A stretch of DNA of 63,671 bases, counting the filler, from Nemertoderma westbladi (Eukaryota > Animalia > Xenacoelomorpha): the NCBI GenBank assembly GCA_032718475.1. It is 4 parts of 4 records of this genome, joined end to end, with 100 filler letters (N's around TTAATTAATTAA, not from the genome) between each part and the next. Parts side by side here need not be neighbours in the genome. Positions count along the whole stretch, not along the records: positions 22,244 to 48,790 come from JAUCBJ010008222.1; 3 more parts are not named here. One strand, written 5' to 3'. The notes beneath the pieces were generated by a model that worked only from the letters and a program-made list of their open reading frames with translations, ran no database searches and was not told the DNA's origin. Below, one piece after another: positions 25,390 to 36,307 of the stretch. Numbering within the stretch: position 1 is the stretch's first letter; the number at the start of each line of letters is the position of its first letter. A program made the position numbers and the translations under genes.

Positions 25390-26960
25390 TTTCCCTGGGC
25401 CTGGGAGAGAACTCCGACTGAGGGCCGCGATGATTCCGACGCGTGATTTCTCGTATGGTCATCGCTAACTTGTTGATGGTTCCATTGGCGGTTGCGTTTC
25501 CACTTTCCATCTTCGTGGTGTTCAAACTTCCAAATTGAACCGTCCGATCGCAAACTGAAACTTACCTCCTCGTTGTTTGCCGCATTGTTCAGTGAGTGAA
25601 CTAACTTTGATCGATCGCTCATCAACTTCCGTTCCCCTACCGGGAGGCTTGGTCGGATCCTTAATTTCCTCGAGATATCCGAGACGTTCTCGTTGGAGCG
25701 GTTCAAGTTGTGGTTCACTCGCAGGTTTCGGGCCTCTAAGTCGGAAGAGAAGGAAACCTTCAGGAGACGATCGCGACCTTCACAGTGACGTCCCAACCTT
25801 GATATATCACCAACGGAAAGCGGGTCAACCGAAAATTCTTCACATAATTTTGTTACAGCTGCTCTGTCTGCACTTGGGCCGTTGGACTCCGGTAGGCGAG
25901 CGACAATAACTTCTTTGCGAATTTGCTCATTGCGAAGTACATCCTTAATGGAGGATTCAACAACCTGTGCTAGACGTGCAGGGTTACTATTGTGAACACC
26001 CCGTGGAGCATTAGACTCGCAACCTAGGGAGTCCTCCCTTGTTTTCAGATCTGCAGTCACAGTTCTTATAAGGTCCGATTGAGATGCGACTAGATTACTT
26101 AACTGTTCAACACGATCCTCAAGAGTGATTCCGGAACTCTTCGGTTTATCGCTGCGACTGCGAGTAATGCATTTGTGACAGTCGCGACACAGGTAAACCC
26201 ATGGCGAATATTCGTCGTGTCCGGAGTTAGCTCGGTCGTAGAAGCATTCTGCACCATTGACCTGGCGGGAGGGTAGGGCATCGAAGGCGCATTCGTAGCA
26301 AACCCAATACTCGCACCCCACACAACCAATCCAGCGGCTGTTAAAGGAGGAAGCATCGCGCGAGCAAATCTTACACCCGGTTGGAACCGTATTAGCTGTA
26401 CAGTTGTTAGCAGTGGGAGTGGAAGACTTTGGTGCCCAAACATTTACGCTAGAATTATTTGTGGAGCCGGATGATCGTCCCAAAGGGGGCCCCATTGGTG
26501 AGATATCACTAGGCCTACTGAAACTGGACCCAGTTTTCGATGTTGGTTTGTTGCCGGCACCCGCTTTTTGTTTACCGGTGGTCTTCGTTGACATAGACGA
26601 TTTTTTCCCGACGTTTTTCGGTGGCGGACGTTCGTTGATATGTGATGCCACTGCTGATCTAGTGTTTCTCCGAGAAGCAGTCGAAACTCGAGTGGCTGTG
26701 GATACTGTTCCACGTCCAGGTCGACCACCCTGTGCCTCCTGAGGCTGAGACCCGATCAAAGGGGGGGAATTAGTCCCCAAACAGACCCTTTCCGATAGAG
26801 AGCGTCGTCCCAGGCGCAGTAGCTGCTGTACGCAGTCCGAACATGTAGGCTGTCCCTCTATTAGTTGACAAATTTCGTCGGAACGACCGCAGGAATCACA
26901 TTTCATTTCGGGCGAATCGTCACTCAAAATAAAGGAGTTATCTGGGGATTGTGGTGGCAT
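25383..26960 (-). CDS. LINE ORF1 (525 aa): N-terminal CxxC pair, PHD-like zinc finger, coiled coil, nucleic-acid-binding C-terminal domain
   Basis: CKIC...WIGCVGCEYWVCYEC...YLCRDC; VIVARLPES, SRLGR...RLLKV, LRIRPSL motifs; ends QGNK*. Confidence 0.88.
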   Translation of the reverse strand: MPPQSPDNSFILSDDSPEMKCDSCGRSDEICQLIEGQPTCSDCVQQLLRLGRRSLSERVCLGTNSPPLIGSQPQEAQGGRPGRGTVSTATRVSTASRRNTRSAVASHINERPPPKNVGKKSSMSTKTTGKQKAGAGNKPTSKTGSSFSRPSDISPMGPPLGRSSGSTNNSSVNVWAPKSSTPTANNCTANTVPTGCKICSRDASSFNSRWIGCVGCEYWVCYECAFDALPSRQVNGAECFYDRANSGHDEYSPWVYLCRDCHKCITRSRSDKPKSSGITLEDRVEQLSNLVASQSDLIRTVTADLKTREDSLGCESNAPRGVHNSNPARLAQVVESSIKDVLRNEQIRKEVIVARLPESNGPSADRAAVTKLCEEFSVDPLSVGDISRLGRHCEGRDRLLKVSFSSDLEARNLRVNHNLNRSNENVSDISRKLRIRPSLPVGERKLMSDRSKLVHSLNNAANNEEVSFSLRSDGSIWKFEHHEDGKWKRNRQWNHQQVSDDHTRNHASESSRPSVGVLSQAQGNK

Positions 26961-27572
26961 TGTAGATGACAGTTCAGCAGTTCAGACAGCAGTTGTTGCA
27001 AGTTCTGAAGTTGCAGAGTTGATCGATCATCAAACATATATTATAATTATAATTACCGGTCGCCTAAAATATATTACTTTTAAAATACAAATTTTCTGTT
27101 AATACCTGCCTGTGAACAATCTTCTGTGTACTTTTGTGTTGGGGTGCAGATTAAGGGGGAGGAGGTTGAAAGCGAGCAACTTTCCCCTCTTATGATTTGT
27201 TTGCGGTTTGGTTAATTTCTTAAATACAGATTTTGTGTTAGAATTGCTCAATTTTAATTTGTATCTCATAACTGAGCCTCGTGCTGCGCGAAGGCCCCAC
27301 GAACGTGTTTTATGAGTTATACTTTCCTCCTTATTTTTGCTATGATTGCGTAGATGACCCTCTGTTTCACGGGCTTTTGTCAGGGTGGTTTTTCACATTG
27401 ACTCTCTTGCTATTTTTGTTATTGTCTTGAATATGGTTTTCTCCTTGACATTCTTGCTATTTTTGATATTTCATGAATCCTTATTTTTTGGTTCTCGTTA
27501 TGTTGTGATTTATTGATATATTACTGTATGGCTTTTTGTCTTCATGTTTATTTTGTATCTTTGGGAAAATAA

Positions 27573-27610
<38 letters not shown>

Positions 27611-27695
27611 CTACAACTTAGGAAACATCCATAAGGGAAGTCCGAACCCCAACTGGGGAGATCCGGGTTTACGAAATCCGGATTATCCTGACATA

Positions 27696-29474
27696 ACAAT
27701 TGAAGTAGAAGCTTGAAAATCCAATAATAAAGAGTTAATTGTATTTTATTTATTTATCAAGCACGTTAAGTAAAAACCTTACTGGTAGGCATGTCAGTGC
27801 CAAAGTATGTAAAAAACTAAAAAGCAACAAGACCTAGACATTGCATGCAATCAGTCATCAGCTGACGGCAGCCAGCTGATCAGTAGGTTTTACCTTGCAA
27901 CTGAAGGAATAACCACTGGGAAGCAGCACCATAAACTTGCACCAATCACGTTTCTGCTTGTTGATAACCGGCTTGCGTGTTTGGATGTAATACATTACAA
28001 GCTTTTGCAAGGGTGTTTCCATTGCTGTTTCAGCAATGGGTGTCTAACAATTACATTGAAATGTTTAACGATTCACGCCAGTCAGTCAGTGCGGTGCGTT
28101 GCGTTGATGTGGTTGTGCACAGTCTTAACCTGTTCATGTCCAACATATTCCCCCTTACAATAGGGACAAGAGAAAGAGTAAATAACGTTAGACGCAAGGA
28201 TTTCCGGGATGGGGTGTTTGAGAGATGGGAGTGACTTGCGCAGTTTAGATGTTGTAAAAACAAACTGAACTGGCTGTGTGCAAGACCTGGGTATAAACTA
28301 TAAGACCATCTAACTTTCGAACAAACAGATCAGTTGCCCGACTTCGGTACTCTCTACCTTACAGATACTAGGCTTGGAATCATCAGCAGCTGCCTGGTCG
28401 ATGGGGCAATGATTCGGTGGGGACAGCTGTTGGTGCCTCGCCCCCATAACCACTGCCTGCACGCCCCCTAGCAGCTTGAACTACGGCTAGTTCATGCTCG
28501 ACCATCGTATCAGTATATTGGTTATTGCTACGAACAATTTTAGCATGAACCCCAGTAGCGGTATAGAGTTGGGAACCATCCTCACCCTTACTGGCATTAA
28601 AGATGCGATAAAATATACCACAAACTACACCGCGCTTGTAAGACTCAGGGGCACACGCAGTGGCATTGAGAACGAGCCCAGTATCTGCAGGCTTGCGGTA
28701 CCACGCTGTTGAAAGAGCATAGTCAACCCGAGTGACAACCAAATCAAGAAAGGACAAGCGCCCCCCCTCCTCCATCTCAAGGGTAAACCTGAGATTGGGA
28801 TGGAGGGCATTGACCTCTCTCAACTTCTCAGTGGGGTTGTTACTGCCAACACTAAATACGTCATCGACGTACCTATCACTGAGCTTGGTGCTCGCAGCGA
28901 TCCTCTAGTCGAACTGTGACAGAAAGATGTTGGCGAGTATGGGGCCCAATGGAGACTCCATAGCGACACCATCTTTCTGACAGACGTAGTTGCCATGATG
29001 ATCTAGGAATATGACATCCTTGGTGGCCAACAACATAAGACCAATAAATTGTTTAAACATTTCACTGTAATAGCTAGATACCCATTGCGGCCAGTCTTGC
29101 AAAAGCTTGAAATGTATTACATCCAAACACGCAAGCCCGTTACCAACAAGCAGAAACGTGATTGGCGCAAGTTTACGTTGCTGCTTCCCAGTGGTTAGTT
29201 ACAGTACAGACATATCTTCATTTCATTACCTGTTCCGTCCCCCTTTGGGAATTTCTCTCTACATTTCCTGTCTTGGCCTCCTGAGAATGCCTTCGGTTGC
29301 GGGGCGAAATCTACCGATCAGCTGGTTGCCGTCAGCTGATCAGATCATTGATTGCATGCAACGTCTAGGTCTTGTTGCTTTTTAGTTTTTTACATACTTT
29401 AGCACTGACATACGTACAGGTAAGGTTTTTACTTAACGTGCTTGATAAATAAATAAAATACAATTAACTCCTTG
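27696..29474 (-). mobile_element. Degenerate 5'-truncated Penelope-like element (Penelope/Poseidon-type) with inverted pLTRs
   Basis: RT remnants QKDGVAMESPLGPILANIF, YVDD, HPNLRFTLEMEEGGRLSFLD, WYRKPADTG; GIY-YIG remnant NVVYSFSC...YVG; inverted repeats 27732-28069 and 29051-29470; TSD TCCTGACATA (27686-27695, 29475-29484). Confidence 0.85.
29275..29320 (+). ncRNA. Degenerate hammerhead-ribozyme-like motif in the pLTR
   Basis: CTGAGAAT-GCCTT(CGGTTGC)GGGGC-GAAA; core deviates from CUGANGA; the inverted copy has lost the CTGA part. Confidence 0.4.
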
Positions 29475-30969
29475 TCCTGACATACATGAGGGAGGGGGGC
29501 GGGGGGGGGGGGGGGCAATATCCTAGAGGCCAATTTTTATGTTGTTTTCATTATGTAGCTGATGAGATTTTATGTAAAATGTTGTTATCCTTGATTTTAA
29601 TCATCCGTAGAAGCCAACTGGTCCACGATAGATAAAATGACCAGCAATTTCTGGTAATAAAAAAAATATTTTACATTTAAAATCGAATATATTAAACATT
29701 TATACAAATATTACATATTGTAGCAATTAAACGCAAACCCGACAAAATAACATATATGGGTATAGATATTTGTTGAATTCGACACTGTAAATAGGCATTG
29801 TGTAAAAACGTCACTAACACGTCCAGTCTTAATAAGTTACTAAATCATATGTGATTGGTTGGCAATATCTTCAACAGTTTGTGGCCTGACTGACTACATT
29901 GTTTGACAGACATCTAGCAACCTAGTGACCTAGTATCCTAGTCGATATCATGCTAGCTGCACCTAGATCCTGCAAGTGAACCTCACCAACTGTAGCCTAG
30001 CTATAGCTAGCTAGCCTGCCTATGTGTCGCTCATTCTAACCCTGTAAAATTTGATATATAAATGAAAGGATGAATAAATATTATGTTAATATTATGGCAG
30101 TGATATTTATGTCCGTTTTTTTTTACTTTTTTGTAAGTATTTTTTAAATAAATTTGCATAGTGACTTTTTTGTCCGTTTTTCATGATACTGTCAGACAGT
30201 TTATTTCACCAGGCTCGTCTCAAAACTCTCTAGATTAGATGATTATGAACAGTTAGAGAGCCGAATTCCCTATGCCTGTGGCAAATCAATATTTTAAATT
30301 TACCAGTCAATGTCGTTAACATTTTAAAGGGAACTGAGCAGGTTTCAGAGATGGGATTTTCTATCCAAAACAATACCAATTAAGGGAAAGGAACAGGTTA
30401 CAGGGCAGTCTGTTCTAACCATAGAACAAACGATCTCGTTAATAATTCAAGGAAATACAGGCTATCGAATTGGCATAGGGGCTGGATTTTCAAACTAAAA
30501 CAATAAAAATATTTCGTACCTATCGAAGGAAAGAAGCCGGTTATGGAAGGGACTAGGTAGGATACAGTACAAAATTCTAAAATTACTTAATTAATAACCA
30601 TCATTCTGTCACATACAACAGAACTGCCCTAAACCGATACCGTTACTAATAGCCTAAGAAAACAGCAGTAGCCAGAGATACTATAGTACCATTGAACCTA
30701 AATTCGTAAATAAAAACGGATAAAAAACGTCAAATAATCGGACATAAATAGTCAAAATAAACGGACATAACGAGTAATTTATACGGATAAGACAATATTA
30801 TTCTGTAATAATATCATGTAAAATATTACTTTATTTAATGAACAAATTCGTAACATTTTAAAACAGTATAACAGACAGTATTTTACATTTCAAATTTAGA
30901 ATTGTGGATTGGCGACTGGAATTTGCTCGTTAAATTGGAATTTAAACCAACTTTTGGGTTCGATCACTC

Positions 30970-32360
30970 TAAACGCACACTTCACCAAACGCCCTACTGA
31001 CTCGAATACCCATATCACCTAACGCCCAACCTCACCTAATGCTCACCACACCGAACACTCATAACGCCAACCTCACCTAAAGCTCACCCCACCGAACACT
31101 CCTAACGCCAACCTCACCTAAAGCTCACCCCACCGAACACTCATAACGCCAACCTCACCTAAAGCTCACCCCACCGAACACTCATAACGCCAACCTCACC
31201 TAAAGCTCACCCCACCGAACACTCATAACGCCAACCTCACCTAAAGCTCACCCCACCGAACACTCATAAGTCATAACGCCAACCTCACCTAAAGCTCACA
31301 ACACCGAACACTCATAACGCCAACCTCACCTAAAGCTCACCCCACCGAACACTCATAACGCCAACCTCAACTAAAGCTCACCCCACCGAACACTCATAAC
31401 GCCAACCTCACCTAAAGCTCACCCCACCGAACACTCATAACGCCAACCTCACCTAAAGCTCACCCCACCGAACACTCATAACGCCAACCTCACCTAAAGC
31501 TCACCCCACCGAACACTCATAACGCCAACCTCACCTAAAGCTCACCCCACCGAACACTCATAACGCCAACCTCACCTAAAGCTCACCCCACCGAACACTC
31601 ATAACGCCAACCTCACCTAAAGCTCACCCCACCGAACACTCATAACGCCAACCTCACCTAAAGCTCACCCCACCGAACACTCATAACGCCAACCTCAACT
31701 AAAGCTCACCCCACCGAACACTCATAACGCCAACCTCACCTAAAGCTCACCCCACCGAACACTCATAACGCCAACCTCACCTAAAGCTCACCCCACCGAA
31801 CACTCATAACGCCAACCTCACCTAAAGCTCACCCCACCGAACACTCATAACGCCAACCTCACCTAAAGCTCACCCCACCGAACACTCATAACGCCAACCT
31901 CACCTAAAGCTCACCCCACCGAACACTCATAACGCCAACCTCACCTAAAGCTCACCCCACCGAACACTCATAACGCCAACCTCACCTAAAGCTCACCCCA
32001 CCGAACACTCATAACGACAACCTCACCTAAAGCTCACCCCACCGAACACTCATAACGCCAACCTCACCTAAAGCTCACCCCACCGAACACTCATAACGCC
32101 AACCTCACCTAAAGCTCACCCCACCGAACACTCATAACGCTAACCTCACCTAAAGCTCACCCCACCGAACACTCATAACGCCAACCTCACCTAAAGCTCA
32201 CCCCACCGAACACTCATAACGCCAACCTCACCTAAAGCTCACCCCACCGAACACTCATAACGCCAACCTCACCTAAAGCTCACCCCACCGAACACTCATA
32301 ACGCCAACCTCACCTAAAGCTCACCCCACCGAACACTCATAACGCCACCTCACCAAACGT
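30970..32360. repeat. 41-bp C-rich minisatellite AACGCCAACCTCACCTAAAGCTCACCCCACCGAACACTCAT
   Basis: Near-identical tandem copies at 41-bp spacing (31063, 31104 and onward). Confidence 0.97.
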
Positions 32361-32419
32361 CCTATCTATCTATATTTTTATTTAACTGTCACAAATCGTT
32401 TTCAACCATGATTTTCGCC

Positions 32420-32660
32420 AAATTAAGCATCTTCTAGACCAGTGTCCTTTATTTGGCGTGTCAAGAATGTCATGGGCTGTCCACCATGCTTATTCACTCC
32501 ATGAGGACGACAAATCACAAGATAATGCACTGGCTGATCCTCACGGCGAAAGCAATGTCCTGCAAAGGGAAGGAGGCTCTGACTCTAAGTGTCACGAGCT
32601 TGGGGGAACCAATGAGACACCTCAAATGCTCTTTAAGGTCTGGTTGGTGATGTGTGCGTT
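32420..32660 (-). mobile_element. Fragment of RTE LINE (same family as 48891-50295)
   Basis: Reverse complement matches ~49950-50190 (e.g. CATGGAGTGAATAAGCATGGTGGACAGCCCATGAC). Confidence 0.85.
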
Positions 32661-32689
32661 AACCTGGCCCAGATCCACAACGCCCATCC

Positions 32690-34125
32690 CATCAACGCCA
32701 CTCTCCCCGAACGCCAATCCCACCAAACTCACATTCCATCATGATCATACGCCCACCTTCCCGAACACCCACATCCCATAACGCCCACCTCCCCGAATAC
32801 CCATATCCCATAACGCCCACCTCCCCGAACACCAACATCCCATAACGCCCACCTCCCCGAATACCCATATCACATAACGCCCACCTCCCCGAACACCAAT
32901 ATCCCATAACGCCCACCTCCCCGAACACCCACATCCCATAACGCCCACCTCCCCGAACAACCACATCCCATAACGCCCACCTCCCCGAATACCCATATCC
33001 CATAACGCCCACCTCCCCGAACACCAACATCCCATAACGCCCACCTCCCCGAATACCCATATCACATAACGCCCACCTCCCCGAACACCAATATCCCATA
33101 ACGCCCACCTCCCCGAACACCCACATCCCATAACGCCCACCTCCCCGAACACCCACATCCCATAACGCCCACCTCCGCGAACACCCACATCCCATAACGC
33201 CCACCTCCCCGAACACCCACATCCCATAACGCCCACCTCCCCGAACACTCACATCCCATAACGCCCACCTCCCCGAACACCCACATCCCATAACGCCCAC
33301 CTCCCCGAACACCCACATCCCATAACGCCCACCTCCCCGAACACCCAAATCCTATAACGCCCGCCTCCCCGAACACTCACATCCCATAACGCCCACCTCC
33401 CCAAACACCCACATCCCATAACGCCCACCCCCCCCCGAACACCCACATCCCATAACGCCCACCTCCCCGAACACCCAAATCCTATAACGCCCGCCTCCCC
33501 GAACACTCACATCCCATAACGCCCACCTCCCCAAACACCCACATCCCATAACGCCCAACCCCCGAACACCCACATCCCATAACGCCCACCTCCCCGAACA
33601 CCCACATCCCATAACGCCCACCTCCCCGAACACCCAAATCCTATAACGCCCGCCTCCCCGAACACTCACATCCCATAACGCCCACCTCCCCAAACACCCA
33701 CATCCCATAACGCCCACCCCCCCGAACACCCACATCCCATAACGCCCACCTCCCCGAACACCCACATCCCATAACGCCCACCTCCCCGAACACACACATC
33801 CCATAACGCCCACCTCCCCGAACACCCACATCCCATAACGCCCACCTCCCCGAACACCCACATCCCATAACGCCCACCTCCCCGAACACCCACATCCCAT
33901 AACGCCCACCTCCCCGAACACCCACATCCCATAACGCCCACCTCCCCGAACACCCACATCCCATAACGCCCACCCCCCGAACACCCACATCCCATAACGC
34001 CCACCTCACCGAACACACACATCCCATAACGCCCACCCCACCGAACACCCACATCCCATAACGTCCACCTCCCCGAACACCAACATCACATAACGCCCAA
34101 TCTCACCGAACGCCCACTTCACCAA
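32690..34125. repeat. 32-bp C-rich minisatellite ATAACGCCCACCTCCCCGAACACCCACATCCC
   Basis: Tandem copies at 32-bp spacing; the - strand has four G>=3 runs per unit. Confidence 0.97.
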
Positions 34126-34944
34126 TCTATGCATGGTGATAATAGGAACTTACCGTTATTGAAATATAAAAAATGTTGAAATCAACTGCTAAGTGTTAAT
34201 ACCGCTTCGCGCCAGGTGTTGTGTTTCCACCATAGTTACCTTAAGAAACATTAAAAAACATTATAACACAAGAAATTAAAAGATAAATTTATTAATGAAC
34301 AACTGATTTAATTTGACCAATAATTATTAAATGAAGACTCCGTGCATAACGAAAAGCGACGATTGGAATAGAGTAATATAAGAGTAATTATAATAATAAT
34401 ATCTCGTGCCGTTAACATGCCAGTTAACATAAGTTAACAAGTAAGGTAAAGGAGCAGGTTGCAGTTATACAGGTGCGTGTTTCTGCGCCAATAGCACATA
34501 TAACAGGTAACATGTTATGTTTTGCTCATAATCAGCTGATATTTACGTCGATTTTAATTGAGAAAATTTGAATGCATTAAGTTATCTGCTATAATAGTTG
34601 TACTCGATTACTTGGAGAATGTAATCTTATTTGAATTGTATTTGAGTTGTCTCTATTCAATTAAAAAAAATTAAGATAATTATTAGGATTCTATGTCTTT
34701 TTAAAAAGTCGATCATGGCCTGGCTTCAAAAACAACTGGCGGCCCAGAGGTCAGAAGTTGTAATCATTGATTAGTTGGTGCAAATTGTCAGAATTTCGTC
34801 GGTTTAAAAGCTTAATTTAATGTGATTTAAAACATTAAAGAGAAATGCGCAGGTTACAGTGGTAGTGTTTTCTCATACCGGTGCGTTAACATAGGTAATG
34901 TACAGTGATGTATGAAACACAAACACATGAGGCAACCTGAAGGC

Positions 34945-34964
34945 TCATCTCTCTTGGCTGTTAC
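34945..34964 (-). CDS. Possible terminal coding exon of the hnRNP A/B gene (GNSQER*)
   Basis: 54-nt GTTAGT...TATCAG intron (35018-34965) in matching phase 1, followed by GT AAC AGC CAA GAG AGA TGA. Confidence 0.55.
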
Positions 34965-35018
34965 CTGATATTAAGATAAACTACTAAAATCCCAGCAGTA
35001 ACTAGTTAATGAACTAAC

Positions 35019-35438
35019 CCCCGGGGTAGGGACCAGAACCCCGTTGACTGTACCCAGCAGCTGCTGCAGCGCCCCCTCCGGTGGCTGCTGGAACTCCGCT
35101 CCGCATTGGCCCGTAACTCGACATCGACGCGCCGTAGTTCTGCCCAAAGTCGCCCCCGGTTGCGCCGTACATCCCCACCTGCTGGGGCGCCCCGTAGCCC
35201 CCTAGCGGCGCCGCCCCGTACCCACCGGCACCGCCGCCCCAGCCGCCGTACACGCCGCCCGGGTACCCCGGGGCGGCGCCCCCGTAGCCCCCCATGTAGC
35301 CGGACTGCGGCCCGTAGCCGTAGCGCTCGGGGACGCCGCCGCCGCCCCATTGCTGTGGCTGCATCCCGTACCCTGCCCCCCCTCCCCCTCCCATCCGACC
35401 CCCGCCTCTACCAACAGACCGCATCCCATCTCCGGTAC
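35019..35438 (-). CDS. hnRNP A/B-family exon: Gly/Tyr-rich low-complexity C-terminal domain
   Basis: Acceptor TTTCTTATAG| in phase with the upstream exon; GRGGG, YGG repeats, FGQNYG...YGPMRSG, RGSGPYPG. Confidence 0.88.
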
Positions 35439-35785
35439 CTATAAGAAATTAAATCTAACAATCGTTAATCAGAAAATATTATCCGTACCAAACGTAATGT
35501 TATATAGCCTCAATCAATTACTGGTGTCAATCTTTACATTAAATACCACTCGCAGACACCCAAGTGTTCTACGCAAGTTTGACTCTATATGTAACTCTTA
35601 GTTGCTCAATATAAATAGTTTTTAATAAATCGCTCTTATCATGAAATATTAGCTAATAATAAATTATGTGTCGCATATCTAGTATAGATGGTAATCGTGC
35701 GAGGTGAAATCCCCTCACGCTATGGAATTAATGCCTTATTAGTTTTACTATAAAATCGAGAATGGTTGGACGTCGATTGGTTTAC

Positions 35786-35857
35786 CTGATGTATCCTTGG
35801 GTTGGGCTTTCTTCACCTCCACTGATCGGCCTTTTATATTATGGTAGCGATCTGGGT
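35786..35857 (-). CDS. hnRNP A/B-family exon: end of RRM2 ((NP)DRYHNIKGRSVEVKKAQPKDTS)
   Basis: TTTTACAG| acceptor (alternative CAG 6 nt downstream) and CAG|GTAAAC donor; phase 1 at both ends; resembles hnRNP A1 KYHTVNGHNCEVRKA. Confidence 0.88.
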
Positions 35858-36307
35858 CTGTAAAACAAGTCAGGAAGCGTGGATTATTGGAATTTAACGA
35901 TTGATCACCTGAATCGTCTTCAAAATGTTCACTATGAAAAGTTTCTAAACGGTCAAAAAAAATTTAGAAAATCCAAATTTTGTTTAGGAAACCAAAATAA
36001 TTTGCTCAATGGTGAATGAATTATTGAGAATGTGAAAAGTATAGGCTGCACGCAATACATACGGTACATTCTCTCTAATCATAAATATCATCGAAATATT
36101 AATTAATTTGGCCTACTGATACTACTGGTGATGGTCACAGTAGAAAGGGCCAACAAAGAATAATTTTTTACGAGATAAATGCGTTGAAAGTTTTTGTTGT
36201 TGAAAATCAATTAAAAGCTTATATTATCTTATTGTTACATAAATAACTGGAGGGAAATTTGATTGAAATTATGATCACGATGCTAAATTAACTATTCTAT
36301 TGCAAAA

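Larger units (their letters stand above)
22244..27050 (-). mobile_element. CR1-clade non-LTR retrotransposon, apparently full-length with intact ORF1 and ORF2
   Basis: ORF1 with PHD-like finger, ORF2 APE+RT, 3' UTR with a stem-loop near 22325-22365; 3' end runs into the gap and the 5' boundary is approximate. Confidence 0.9.

Noticed and set aside
32692-34054. Gly/Trp-rich repeat ORFs
   Set aside because: Translations of the 32-bp minisatellite cycling through frames.
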